Positions 9,666-19,456 are shown, counted from the stretch's first letter. The stretch: DNA of 64,000 nucleotides from Deltaproteobacteria bacterium (GCA_052390235.1 JBQTHB010000006.1:270218-334217), one strand, 5' to 3'. Numbers and translations are program-made. Notes: generated by a model from the letters alone, not told the origin.

Positions 9666-10572
9666 GATTACCTCCCGCAATCTGAAGTTTCACGATTCCT
9701 CTGCCGACAGTTTCATCGCCGCCTAGCTGGAATCTGTCAATCTCAAGATCTGTAATGAATTTGAGGACATGCTCGGCAGTTGAAAAATCTGCGTTCTTCT
9801 TATCTCCGTTACCAAGTACGTCGGTAGCTAAGGCAAGCGAATAAAGCAACGTGTCGCTCGGCAGATGTTCTTCGTACCATAGCGCGCCTGTAGCAACCGT
9901 CTTTGTTGTGTTATCAATTTTGGTTCGAGCAATTACTTCAGTGGAAAACTCCGTAAAATCACGGAATGCGTTGTCGGGAAGGATGGCAAGGTTTTTCCCT
10001 ATTTTCCCTTTCCAAAACCCGTATTCCGAGCTTTGTGGAATCGCATTTTCAGAAATCCACTTAGCGACTGCCTCGGCTTCATTTGTCTTCTTAGCAGAGA
10101 AGGAAAATTCCTCGAGGACAACTTTATTATCCACGACTACCTCCGAAGAGTTGGTTATCAAAGCCTCGTTATCTCCCACGCTTGGTATAGTCAAAGTCGG
10201 ATTCAATCCCGCAACCGTCATATCGCGCATGAAACGCTGAAGCACGGAAGGGCAGGTTACCCAAGCAAAGATTCCCTTGAGCGAGCGGACGGGGAATAGA
10301 AGGAGCTTGGCATCTGTGAAGGCAATCGCTCCGGCGTGTTCGCTTCCGCCTTTGCTATCAGGACCAAACACGAGGTTAATCTTGGAATCATCCTTAGAAT
10401 GTTGCCTCGCGTAATCCCTCAAGCTCCCCTTCAACCCCGACGCCTGCACCATTGGAAAATTCGTGTGCCTCTCGCGCTGAATCGGCAAGTCCACAACCCC
10501 AAGAGACGACCCGCTCCCCACATGAAGCGGCGTTTCCGTGTAGAGAAATAAAACCTTAGTTTTTTTAAACAT
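9652..10572 (-). CDS. cmr4: Type III-B RAMP Cmr4
   Basis: TPLHVGSG, VDLPIQRE (catalytic Asp present), LLLFPVRS, QLGGDETVGRG. Confidence 0.96.
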   Translation of the reverse strand: MFKKTKVLFLYTETPLHVGSGSSLGVVDLPIQRERHTNFPMVQASGLKGSLRDYARQHSKDDSKINLVFGPDSKGGSEHAGAIAFTDAKLLLFPVRSLKGIFAWVTCPSVLQRFMRDMTVAGLNPTLTIPSVGDNEALITNSSEVVVDNKVVLEEFSFSAKKTNEAEAVAKWISENAIPQSSEYGFWKGKIGKNLAILPDNAFRDFTEFSTEVIARTKIDNTTKTVATGALWYEEHLPSDTLLYSLALATDVLGNGDKKNADFSTAEHVLKFITDLEIDRFQLGGDETVGRGIVKLQIAGGNHGGK

Positions 10573-11668
10573 TGCTCCAACCTCCTACCAAAGTTATACC
10601 GAAACCTTCTTTTTGTTTTTCATCGGAAATTGATTTGAACTGAAACGCTTCAAATAAATCATCAATCTCGCCTTCCACAAGTTCAAAAAAATAGACGCTC
10701 CCGGCAGGAACTGCTTTTTTCATCGGCTTCGGTCTGTTCTCGACAATGTCGAATCCGCCGACGGGAGCGGGCTTCCCCACGCAGGCTGAGATGAGCTTAA
10801 ATTTGAGACCGTCTTTCTCGCCTGTTTGCATCCAATCGGCAGCCCAGCCTTTATTGAAAATCGCCGGGGTAAGTAGATAGAGTTTGAATTTGCGGGCTTT
10901 TCTAATAGCATCTTTAATTCCCTTATCGTCCCATTTTCTATCGCCAATCTTTTTGTAGGATGCCGCCCTCGATTCCCCGCCGAGCCTGAGAAAGCCTTTA
11001 TCAGGGAGAGTGGCATCGCCTTCAACATCGAGCGTGAACCCGAACCCTGCGTTTAGCCTCACAAATTCGGCGATGTAAAAAAGTCCCTCTTCGGTGGTTT
11101 TCGTCGTCCCGGACTTGCCGATTCCAACCCGCTCTTCCCTCTGGAAAACTTCTTCGGATTTGAGGATTTTCCAGTTATCCACCTCGCCCCTTAAATATCT
11201 CTTTAAATCGCTCTCGCGGATAAAACCCTTGCCGTCCTCGATATGCTCATCGTAATTGGTCTTTACCCACAACGGGCTAAGACCTTCCGAATCGCTCCTA
11301 AATTGCAGCGAACCGCTTGGCTTTAGCTGAATATATTTATCCTTTTCATTCCCGCTCTTAATTTTCATAACGTCTTTTGGAATCGGGAAATACTCATAGT
11401 GTTTCTCATCCGCTACAAAAGGTCCAACAATGCTTAAACCTTGAGTCAGAGAATTAATTTGATTCAGATAGTCCTGCTTATTATTTTTGATTTGCGACAG
11501 TGATTGAAATTGAAAATTCTTCCGACTTAGAATCTCCGCCCTAAGTGCCCCATAAAAAGTGCTTGGATAAGGCGGGAACATACTCGTTGCGATAACGTCC
11601 TCTTCGGCGGAAAACGGCTTGCCGTCTCGGAAGAGCATTACATCCATCGGTTCAATGAATATTCTCAT
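10565..11668 (-). CDS. cmr3: Type III-B Cmr3
   Basis: PMDVMLFRDGKPF, PYPSTFYGA, LGGESR, AVPAGSVYF, GFG. Confidence 0.95.
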   Translation of the reverse strand: MRIFIEPMDVMLFRDGKPFSAEEDVIATSMFPPYPSTFYGALRAEILSRKNFQFQSLSQIKNNKQDYLNQINSLTQGLSIVGPFVADEKHYEYFPIPKDVMKIKSGNEKDKYIQLKPSGSLQFRSDSEGLSPLWVKTNYDEHIEDGKGFIRESDLKRYLRGEVDNWKILKSEEVFQREERVGIGKSGTTKTTEEGLFYIAEFVRLNAGFGFTLDVEGDATLPDKGFLRLGGESRAASYKKIGDRKWDDKGIKDAIRKARKFKLYLLTPAIFNKGWAADWMQTGEKDGLKFKLISACVGKPAPVGGFDIVENRPKPMKKAVPAGSVYFFELVEGEIDDLFEAFQFKSISDEKQKEGFGITLVGGWSNV

Positions 11669-14522
11669 CGCTCGTCCCCCTGTTTCGAGAGGAAAACGGC
11701 GAGGCTCAGAATCTTCGAGATTTCTTCATGCTTTGCTGTTTTTTCAGAGCCTCCGAGTTCCGTGCGGAGCTTCATCAATCTATCGGTTAGGCTCTGAAGC
11801 TGTTTGCCGACTTCTTCGGGCTTCAATTCTTCTCCCACGCCATTCTTAAACTTCTTCTTATCGCAGTGGCGTTTAATAATTCTCAGAATTTCCGAGCTTA
11901 TGGCTTTGTCGGTTAGGTTGTCCGTCCACTTCAATTTTCCCCTGAAGTCATAAGCGAATTTTGAAGAGAGCCTGCCGCTTGTGAAATGGTCAACCAATTC
12001 ATTAATGAAGCTAACCGTATCGAAATTGCCGCTGTCGTAAAACCACTTTGCCTTTATAATCTCAGTTCCGCCGGAGCGTTTCATCAATGTCACAGCAAAG
12101 GCGTTTTTATCAACGATTCCCTTTGCGGATTTCTCTGCCTGCCTTACCTTATCCATCACTTGATTAAGAGGCTGAAGGTAGTGGGAAATCACGACGCCCA
12201 TGCTTGCCGTAGCTTTCTTGCCCATCGTAAGTAAAAGCTCGCCGTCATGCTCAATAAACCCGTTTCCCGTCTTGAAATCTGCATCGCCGTTTTCATCAAC
12301 AAAGCCTGAGTAAACCGCCCGCAGGTCTCTCATAACATTCGGCAAATCGGAGAGCGATACAAACGCCAAAACGTCATCGCCTCCCGCATAGATGAGCTTG
12401 CCGAGATACTTTTCTTCGACTACGCTCCGAACCAACCGAAGAGAAAAATTCCTCAGCGCGCTGCTGATTGACGAGTGTAGTGCGGGTGATAGGGGGCGTT
12501 TTAAATCCCATTCTTTACCTAAATTAATCTCTGGATGAACAGTTTCTTGAATCTTGGGGGCAAATTCCCCGCTTAGCCATTTGCCCATGTTGTCGCCGTC
12601 CATGTAAATCACGGCGTAATACTTCGGGGCTTTCACGTCCTCAATTTCTTTTAATTTGGTTCTGAGACTGTCCAGAGCGTTTACCGCCTCTTCCAGTTGC
12701 TTTTTATGTTCAGCGTTGCCGTTCTTGTAGCCATATTCTTTCTCCAACCTTTTCTCGTTAAATGTGTCTTTATATAGCCATTCTCCGTCAATTTTAATGA
12801 AGTCTTGAAGGTCTTTGCCGGAGCTACTAACGGCTTTTTTGATTTTGGGAAGCGTATCGCTTCGGGAATCTGCCCCTATGCCCTGAAGGAATCCCCCGAC
12901 TTTATCGTTGAACTCCTGAATAGACTCTTTCAACTGTTCAGCCTTTTTCACAATGGCGTATTGATAAGATGCTGTTGCGACCGTGCCGACAGAGGGAAAA
13001 CCCAAATCCGCGTCTCCGAAAACTTCGCGCCTAAAGTAGAACTTCTGGGCAAACCGCTTAGTCGCACACACGGCGCAGAGCCTCTCGCCGCCGCCGGAGC
13101 GAACCTCTCGCAATTCCGGTTTATCAAATCTTTGCCAAAACTCCTTTGACTCCTCCCGCGTGGGATTTTCAATGTCAATCAAAGGCTCGCGCACGCCGCA
13201 GAGAGTGCATTTATAGTTCGGCTCTTGGGACTGTTTGAAATCTCGTATTGCCTTCCTGCTTCCCATAGCGCGTTCGGTGAGTTCGTAGAGGAGTTGATAC
13301 ACCGTGCCGAGGGCGGGGTCGTACTTTAGCCCAAACTTGGTCTTATTCTCGTATAATTTAAGCAGCTTTTCCATCTCAAAGCCGCCATCCGTAGCGATTA
13401 GGGATTTATACTCGTTCAGAACGCCTTTATAATCCGGCTTCCAGTCATACGCCACCCAATACGTCTCAACAAAATCTTTCGTCTGCCTGCGCCAAATCTC
13501 ATCCCACACCGGATTATTCGGCTCCAGGTTCAACCTGTTTTCCAATTGCTCTCGAACTTTTCCGGTAATTTCTTTCCAAGCCAAAGCAACGCTCTCTTTG
13601 GCTTTCTTCGCAATCTCAGACGGCAGATGTTTTCCCCCTTCTCCTTTTTGAGGGAGAATTGCGAGGAATCTGTTGGGAAGCGTGGGGGTCGAAAGCCGGC
13701 TAATATCCGGCTGTTTGAGAGATATTTTTGATGCAAGCCACTTGTCAACCAACGGCTGTTCGTAGAGGTCGGGGAAAACTATGGCGTCCGGTCCGAATTC
13801 TTCAGCCACGGATTTCATCGCCTGCCACGACAAATACGAGAGGATATAACTGCCCATCCACAGGTCTTGCGTTTTTCTTGCCGTAGCAATGAACTCCTGC
13901 ACGGGACCAATAGAAAAAAGCAGAAAAGACAGGTTATAAAGTGCTTCCGTCTTCTTATCTAATTCGGAAGGCGGGAGAGTCTCAATCCCCCCGGCAAACG
14001 CCGCAGTAGCGTTTCGGTGATTCCAAATCGAATGGTCGGGGATGCGCGTGTCGGCAGGCAGAACGCTCCAAAACGGCTTGAGGGCATCAGTACTATGTTT
14101 CTTAATTAAATCCGGGAGCTTCCGCCAAAGGGCAAGATAGGTTTTTTCAAGGTCGTCTGCGCACTCGGCTTGAATTTCTTTAACTGCGTCGTCAACCGCC
14201 GACTTTGAATCTTGAATAGTTTTGCTCTTGTCTCCTTTTGCTAACTCCTCGATTTTATTGAGACTGTCCCCCGAAAGCGGGTGTTTGATAACAGGCTTGT
14301 CGAGGAAGACTACTTTTAATAGGGCAGGTTGATTCTATCGGCGGACGAGGCTTCTACATCAGCCTTCTTCACCTCCTCAATATCATCCTCCTGAATAAGC
14401 TCCCGAAGCAGCTTCTTCGCCTGCTCTTCGTGCTTATTACCTGTTTGCATCAGGATAATCGCCTTCTCAGGCGGGTCGTGCAGAAATGCTTTGATTTTGC
14501 GCTTTAGCAGGTCTTGGTTCAA
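11665..14522 (-). pseudogene. cas10: Cas10/Cmr2 interrupted by a 1-nt frameshift near 14316-14333 (real lesion or sequencing error)
   Basis: First frame gives MNQDLLKRKIKAFLHDPPEK...ADRINLPY then TAA. The -1 frame continues KVVFLDKPVIKHPLSG...LPADTRIPDHSIWNH...FSIGPVQEFIATARK into the 745-aa ORF with CTLCG/CAVC, MDGDNMG and YAGGDD. Span is 2858 nt, one short of a multiple of 3. Confidence 0.9.
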
Positions 14523-14535
14523 ATTGACTTACCTC

Positions 14536-15741
14536 TTATGGCAATGTGTTTAAAAACTCATACAGGTATGAGTAACTCGGGTTTTTAGATGAATTTCCTT
14601 TTGTCTTTTTGTCCATATCCATGAATTGAAGCGTTTCGCCTTCACTTAAGAATCTAGCTCTCATTATGTGTACAAAAGGAATAAAATCTTTACCGCATTG
14701 GAATATCTTAATGTGCAAAGGGGATGCTCTTCTGTCATGCTCCTGACCGGTTATCATGACTTTTTTCCCCATAGACTGAAACTGAAATTGGTGAGGAAGT
14801 CCGAAAATAGAGCCTTTCGGAGCATTCAAACCTGTACTCTTATCTGAAGTCAAAAATTTCTTTACGTCGTCATAATCTTTTGTAACATAATAAGAAAATG
14901 AAGATCGTTTAAATTCGCCTTTTTCTTTATCCTCTCGAAAATTGCGTAGATGTTCTCCAATCCAATTTAAGGCTTCAGTAGACTGTGGCTTGGTCTGATT
15001 AACCACTACGTAAGGCCAAAAGTCTTGGAATTTAGGAAATATCATTGAGAATGGGGGTTCTTCCTTTGGTTGAGAGACATTAATGCCAACAAACTTAGAA
15101 AAATGCTCTAAAATAGCCCCCGGTTCTGATTGAATATACTCCTTCAATTCCTTAGCATTGGAACAGTTTTTGAAATTAGTCTCATATTCCGTCATATTCT
15201 CAGCTACTTTTAGCCCGCCAAATCCCTTCCTAGAGCGAGACCCCAAGTTACCTAGATTGATTAATAGCCAAAAAGACTGGACAATCAGCTTCTTTTCATC
15301 TTCAGTTGCTCTCCTGAAAACGAGATCAACTCTGAATTTGGTCCCTTGCGGTATGTATCTTCTCTCCCTTCCTTTCTCGCCTAGTCCATACCCCAAGTAT
15401 CTCAAGCCTTTCTCTTTCTGGTTAGGTCTAAAATCCTTACTATCTCTATCAGAGTTAAACCGACTTGAGACTAATACAGTAACCTTACTGCTCGCTTCCG
15501 TAGTTCCCCATATTTCCGCCTCCTTCTCAGCTAGTTTTTTAATAAGTTCTTCATCCTTCTCAGCTAGTTTTTTAATAAGTTCTTCATCCTTATATTTGGA
15601 GAATAAAACACCCCCCATCATCGCCCTGAACCAAAACCTCATCGCCCCGCGGATGGAAGGGGGGCGCAGTTCCGGCTTGCCGTCTGCATCTCCCAGAAAA
15701 AGCGGGGTTACTACTTCGAGTTCAAAAGAGGCTTTGTTCAT
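14536..15741 (-). CDS. cmr1: Type III-B RAMP Cmr1
   Basis: VVTPLFLG, ELRPPSIRGAMRFWFRA, GNLGSRSRKGFG, FGLP, RRASPL. Confidence 0.95.
   Translation of the reverse strand: MNKASFELEVVTPLFLGDADGKPELRPPSIRGAMRFWFRAMMGGVLFSKYKDEELIKKLAEKDEELIKKLAEKEAEIWGTTEASSKVTVLVSSRFNSDRDSKDFRPNQKEKGLRYLGYGLGEKGRERRYIPQGTKFRVDLVFRRATEDEKKLIVQSFWLLINLGNLGSRSRKGFGGLKVAENMTEYETNFKNCSNAKELKEYIQSEPGAILEHFSKFVGINVSQPKEEPPFSMIFPKFQDFWPYVVVNQTKPQSTEALNWIGEHLRNFREDKEKGEFKRSSFSYYVTKDYDDVKKFLTSDKSTGLNAPKGSIFGLPHQFQFQSMGKKVMITGQEHDRRASPLHIKIFQCGKDFIPFVHIMRARFLSEGETLQFMDMDKKTKGNSSKNPSYSYLYEFLNTLP
15521..15586. repeat. Perfect 33-bp tandem duplication in cmr1 (KDEELIKKLAE x2)
   Basis: 15521-15553 is identical to 15554-15586, followed by a partial TCCTT copy. 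Confidence 0.95.
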
Positions 15742-15858
15742 TCACCTTCTCCCCTAATCTATATCTTCGGTTTCCGTCTTTTTTCTCTTATCCTAGCGCG
15801 CAAGAGCCTGCGAATAGCTTATGAGTCTATGCCAATTTTCAACGTATCGCATCAAAGG

Positions 15859-15879
15859 GCAACATTTCGGCAATATTGC
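15859..15879. repeat. 21-bp site, right copy (GCAACATTTCGGCAATATTGC), upstream of cmr1
   Basis: Exact reverse complement of 4933-4953; about 118 bp upstream of the cmr1 ATG. Confidence 0.95.
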
Positions 15880-15988
15880 CCGCGAGCGCAATTACCAATA
15901 CCCGGTGTTTTCAGATATTGATGAATTTAATTTGAAATGTAAAGTGGTTTTGTGGGGAGAGCTAAAAATCAGGGAGAGGGGATTTTTA

Positions 15989-16028
15989 TGTAGTGTAGTG
16001 TAGTGTAGTGTAGTGTAGTGTAGTGTAG
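15989..16028. repeat. Microsatellite (TGTAG)8
   Basis: Eight perfect pentamer copies between the sigma factor gene and cmr1. Confidence 0.97.
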
Positions 16029-16102
16029 CGCAAAAATTCAGTCTTTAGAGGCGGTTAGGGAATAGCGCTGTTGCGGCGAGGTGGGGAAGAGGCAGGAGAT
16101 AC

Positions 16103-17299
16103 TCACCTCTGCAGAAAGCTCTTTAGCACCTGTTCCATGTTGGACGTCGCGAGCTTTTCAAGAGCGGATTTTTCAATCTGCCTTATGCGCTCGCGGGTGA
16201 GGTTAAACCGCCTGCCTATCTCATCTAGGGTGTAGGTGGTCTCTTTATCAATCCCAAATCTGAGCCTGAGGATTTCCTCCTCCCTCTCCGTAAGAAGCGA
16301 TAGCGCCTCTCTTAGCTTCGCCGTAAGCCCCGACTTTGCCATTATCAAATCCGGCGATGGGGAGTCCTCGTCGGGGATGAAATCGAGCAGAGTCGTCTTC
16401 TCGCCGTCCATTATGGGGGAGTCAAGGCGGACGGCGTCGTTCGTAGCCTTGAGGATGCGTTTAGTAACCTCGACCGATAGCCCGGACTTTACCGCAATCT
16501 CCTCGGGCGTGGGTTTTCTGCCGAATTCCTTCTGGAGACCCGCGCTGACTTTATAGACCTTGCTCGCCTGCTCAAGCAGATACACGGGAACTTTTATCGT
16601 TCTAGTCTGCTCTTGAATCGAGCGCATCACGGCTTGATGAATCCACCACGAGGCGTAGGTTGAGAATTTATACCCCTTCGTGTGGTCAAATCGCTCTACC
16701 GCTCTCATGAGTCCTAGATTGCCCTCTTGGATGAGGTCTGAGAGGGGAAGCCCGCGATTTATGTAGCGGTTTGCGATACTTACGACGAGCCTTAAATTGG
16801 CTTTGGCGAATCGCTCCTTGAGTTCTTTTGCGCGGTCGGAGCAGACTTTAAGGAGGATTTCTTTGCGTTTGAGATGCTCGGCGAGGTTCGCGTTTTTAAA
16901 CCTGCGAGGGATTTCGGCGCTTTGGTATTCGTCGAGAGCGGTTTTTATTCTTCTGGCCTGCTCTTCGCATTTTTTTATTTTGGCGGAGACCTCAATCTCC
17001 TGCCTCGCTGTGAAAAGAGGCTCTCCGGCCATGTCCCTAAAGTAGGTGTAGAGAAGTCTAAACTGCTCGTCGGGAGCGCCGTCGTCGGCCGCTTTTTCCT
17101 CGGCGGCGTCTTCTTCGGCGTCGCTCTCTTTGGACTCGAATTCATTGAAATCAAAGTCGAATTCCGGGTCGTCCAGAGGCTCCAGGGCGAGGTTATCGGA
17201 CACTTCGATGGAGGCAAACCCCTCGTCGTCTTCCCGTATAAACCCCTCCAGTTCGGACTCCGAACCCGGCTTATGAAACTCCTTATACTTCATTTCCAT
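16103..17299 (-). CDS. RpoD/SigA-family (sigma70) sigma factor
   Basis: ANLRLVVSIA, DLIQEGNLGLMRAVERFD, KFSTYASWWI, region 4 TLDEIG..FNLTRERIRQIE. Confidence 0.93.
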   Translation of the reverse strand: MEMKYKEFHKPGSESELEGFIREDDEGFASIEVSDNLALEPLDDPEFDFDFNEFESKESDAEEDAAEEKAADDGAPDEQFRLLYTYFRDMAGEPLFTARQEIEVSAKIKKCEEQARRIKTALDEYQSAEIPRRFKNANLAEHLKRKEILLKVCSDRAKELKERFAKANLRLVVSIANRYINRGLPLSDLIQEGNLGLMRAVERFDHTKGYKFSTYASWWIHQAVMRSIQEQTRTIKVPVYLLEQASKVYKVSAGLQKEFGRKPTPEEIAVKSGLSVEVTKRILKATNDAVRLDSPIMDGEKTTLLDFIPDEDSPSPDLIMAKSGLTAKLREALSLLTEREEEILRLRFGIDKETTYTLDEIGRRFNLTRERIRQIEKSALEKLATSNMEQVLKSFLQR

Positions 17300-17614
17300 A
17301 TAATTTCTGCCTTTAAAAAAATCCTCTCGTTAATTCAGAGTTGCAAAAGGAATTAAAGATGCGCCTGAGAAATATTGAATAGGGAGGGAATAAAACGCCG
17401 CCGCCAGATTTTCTTCGCCCCTCTAATCACCGCTGTATAATATATCTCCTTCGAGGGATGATTTCAAGACGAGGCAGACTGCCCAACGCCTCGCGCTGGG
17501 GACGAGAGCTGGATTTTAGCAGATCAGCCAGGGTAGGAGCGCTGTAAGGAAACAGGGGAGCGCGCCTTTGGATTGCCCAAGCAACGCCCCTCCGCAGTCC
17601 GTAGCGCGAGGAAT

Positions 17615-18385
17615 TTACCTCGCCGACGCGTAGTTCTTTGCGACATGGTCCCAGTTGACCACATTCCACCAAGCGGCAATGTAGTCGGGCCTGCGGTTTT
17701 GATAATTGAGATAATAGGCGTGTTCCCACACATCTAGTCCGAGAATCGGCTTCATCCCCTCAGAAACCGGGTTGTCCTGGTTCGCCATGGATGTAATTAC
17801 GAGCTTTCCGCCCTTGTCAATCGAAAGCCACGCCCAGCCGCTCCCAAAACGCCCTGTAGCCGCCTTGGCGAACTGCTCTTTAAACGAGGCGAAACTCCCG
17901 AATGTGGAATTTATATCGCCTGCGAGGTCGCCCTTGGGTTCTCCTCCCGCGCCGGGGGACATCATGAGCCAAAACGCGCTGTGGTTGGCATGTCCCCCGC
18001 CGTTGTTGCGAACGGCTGTGCGGATGTCCTCTGGGATTGAGTTGAGGTCCTTGATTAAATCCTCAATGGGCTTTCCCTGAAGGCTCGGGTGCTTTTCCAG
18101 CGCGGCGTTTAGGTTATTGACGTATGTCTGGTGGTGCTTTGAGTGGTGAATCTCCATTGTGCGCGCGTCAATATTGGGTTCGAGCGCGTTGTAGGCGTAA
18201 GGCAGTTTCGGCAATTCGTAGGGCATTTTAGCTCCTCCTTCTTTTTCTGAATTTTCTTTTTTATCGCAATTCGAGGCTTTAGAGTCAATCCCCGCAAGCC
18301 AGAGAACGGGGACAGAATAGACCCCAATCTTAAGGAGCTTTCTTCTCTTTTCATCCACCGCATGGGGGTCTGGTTTTTTGGTCAT
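17615..18385 (-). CDS. sodA: Mn/Fe superoxide dismutase (Mn-type signature) with Tat-like N-terminal extension; second start at 18226
   Basis: [37 protein letters not shown] signal; internal SD AAGGAGGAG before MPYELP. Confidence 0.92.
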   Translation of the reverse strand: MTKKPDPHAVDEKRRKLLKIGVYSVPVLWLAGIDSKASNCDKKENSEKEGGAKMPYELPKLPYAYNALEPNIDARTMEIHHSKHHQTYVNNLNAALEKHPSLQGKPIEDLIKDLNSIPEDIRTAVRNNGGGHANHSAFWLMMSPGAGGEPKGDLAGDINSTFGSFASFKEQFAKAATGRFGSGWAWLSIDKGGKLVITSMANQDNPVSEGMKPILGLDVWEHAYYLNYQNRRPDYIAAWWNVVNWDHVAKNYASAR

Positions 18386-18392
18386 GTTTCAT

Positions 18393-18421
18393 ATTATAAC
18401 TTTGGGCGTATTTAGTGTCAA
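18393..18421 (-). promoter_or_regulatory. Consensus sigma70 promoter of sod
   Basis: TTGACA-17-TATAAT, ending 7 nt before ATG 18385. Confidence 0.85.
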
Positions 18422-18508
18422 AAGCAATCTCCGACTTTGACAAAGAGGCGGCGCGTAATTAGAATCCACATCGGCTGGGCAATCCATCGCGCTTATCGGT
18501 GAACTGAA

Positions 18509-19261
18509 TTGGCAGAAGACTACATTATTGAGCTAGATGAGGTTCATAAATCCTTCAAATCAAAGCACGTCCACAGGGGCGTAACCCTCTCCATCCGAAG
18601 AGGCGAGAACATCAGCATCCTAGGCGGAAGCGGCTCAGGCAAAAGCGTTCTGCTCAAGGAAATCACAGGACTCGTCAAACCAGATAAGGGGAAAATCCTC
18701 ATCGAGGGCGAAAACGTCGCCGAGATTGACGACGAGAACGAACTCAGGCACATCAGGAAAAAAATCGGGATGCTCTTTCAAGGCGCCGCCCTTTTCGATT
18801 CAATGACCGTTGCCGAGAACATCGCTTACCCGCTGAGGGAGCATTTTAAATACTCCGAAGCCGAGATTAAAGACATGGTAGCCACGAACCTTGAGCTTAT
18901 CGGGCTTCCGGGAATACAGGATAAAGTCCCTTCGGATTTGAGCGGAGGAATGAAAAAAAGGGTCGGGCTTGCAAGGGCAATGGCTATGAACCCGAAAATT
19001 CTCCTCTACGACGAGCCTACTACGGGGCTTGACCCGCCAAACATCAGCCGAATTAATCATCTGATAAGAGATATGCAGAAGCGCTTCGGCATCACGGGAG
19101 TTATTATCACCCACGACATCGTAACCAGCGCATTCGAGATTTCAGACCGCGTGGCATTCCTGCACGATGGGAGGATTATATTCGTGGGAACTGTGGGAGA
19201 GGCAAAACAAAGCGGGATTGAGACTCTGGATGATTTTATTCACGGAAGGCTTGCGGACTAA
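18509..19261 (+). CDS. ABC transporter ATPase, MlaF-like
   Basis: GGSGSGKS, LFQGAALFDS, LSGGMKKRVGLARA, YDEPTTGLDP. Confidence 0.9.
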   Translation: MAEDYIIELDEVHKSFKSKHVHRGVTLSIRRGENISILGGSGSGKSVLLKEITGLVKPDKGKILIEGENVAEIDDENELRHIRKKIGMLFQGAALFDSMTVAENIAYPLREHFKYSEAEIKDMVATNLELIGLPGIQDKVPSDLSGGMKKRVGLARAMAMNPKILLYDEPTTGLDPPNISRINHLIRDMQKRFGITGVIITHDIVTSAFEISDRVAFLHDGRIIFVGTVGEAKQSGIETLDDFIHGRLAD

Positions 19262-19292
19262 CGGGCCGCAGGGGAAAACCGAGACTACTAAG

Positions 19293-19346
19293 ATGAGGAA
19301 AAGCCTGTAGCTTGCGCAAACAGGCAAGACAGCAGGCTTTTCTCAT
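19293..19346. terminator. Hairpin terminator between the convergent ABC gene and the microprotein gene
   Basis: ATGAG-GAAAAGCCTG...CAGGCTTTTC-TCAT inverted repeat. Confidence 0.7.
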
Positions 19347-19354
19347 GCGCTAGA

Positions 19355-19456
19355 TTACTTCTTGCCCCCTTTCTTAGCCGGAGCAGGAGCCGACTTCTTA
19401 GCCGGCGCCTCTTTCTTGGCCGGCGCGTCTTTCTTCGGCGGTTTCTTATCGCCCAT
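19355..19456 (-). CDS. 33-aa Lys/Pro/Ala-rich microprotein with histone H1-like PAKK repeats
   Basis: MGDKKPPKKDAPAKKEAPAKKSAPAPAKKGGKK; SD GAGGAGGTGA; upstream promoter and downstream terminator. Confidence 0.85.
   Translation of the reverse strand: MGDKKPPKKDAPAKKEAPAKKSAPAPAKKGGKK

Noticed and set aside
14310..14335. Programmed -1 frameshift site in cas10
   Set aside because: No X_XXY_YYZ heptamer in the proper frame and no long homopolymer.
14316..14522. Independent 68-aa gene
   Set aside because: It is the N-terminus of Cas10 (LHDPPEK, ADxxASxxDR) and continues in the -1 frame.
4925..15890. Cas cassette as a transposon with terminal inverted repeats
   Set aside because: No transposase and no target-site duplication outside the 21-bp repeats.
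15742..16102. CRISPR array next to the cmr operon
   Set aside because: Only a 5-bp SSR and the single 21-bp site are present; no repeat-spacer periodicity here or in the other intergenic regions I read.
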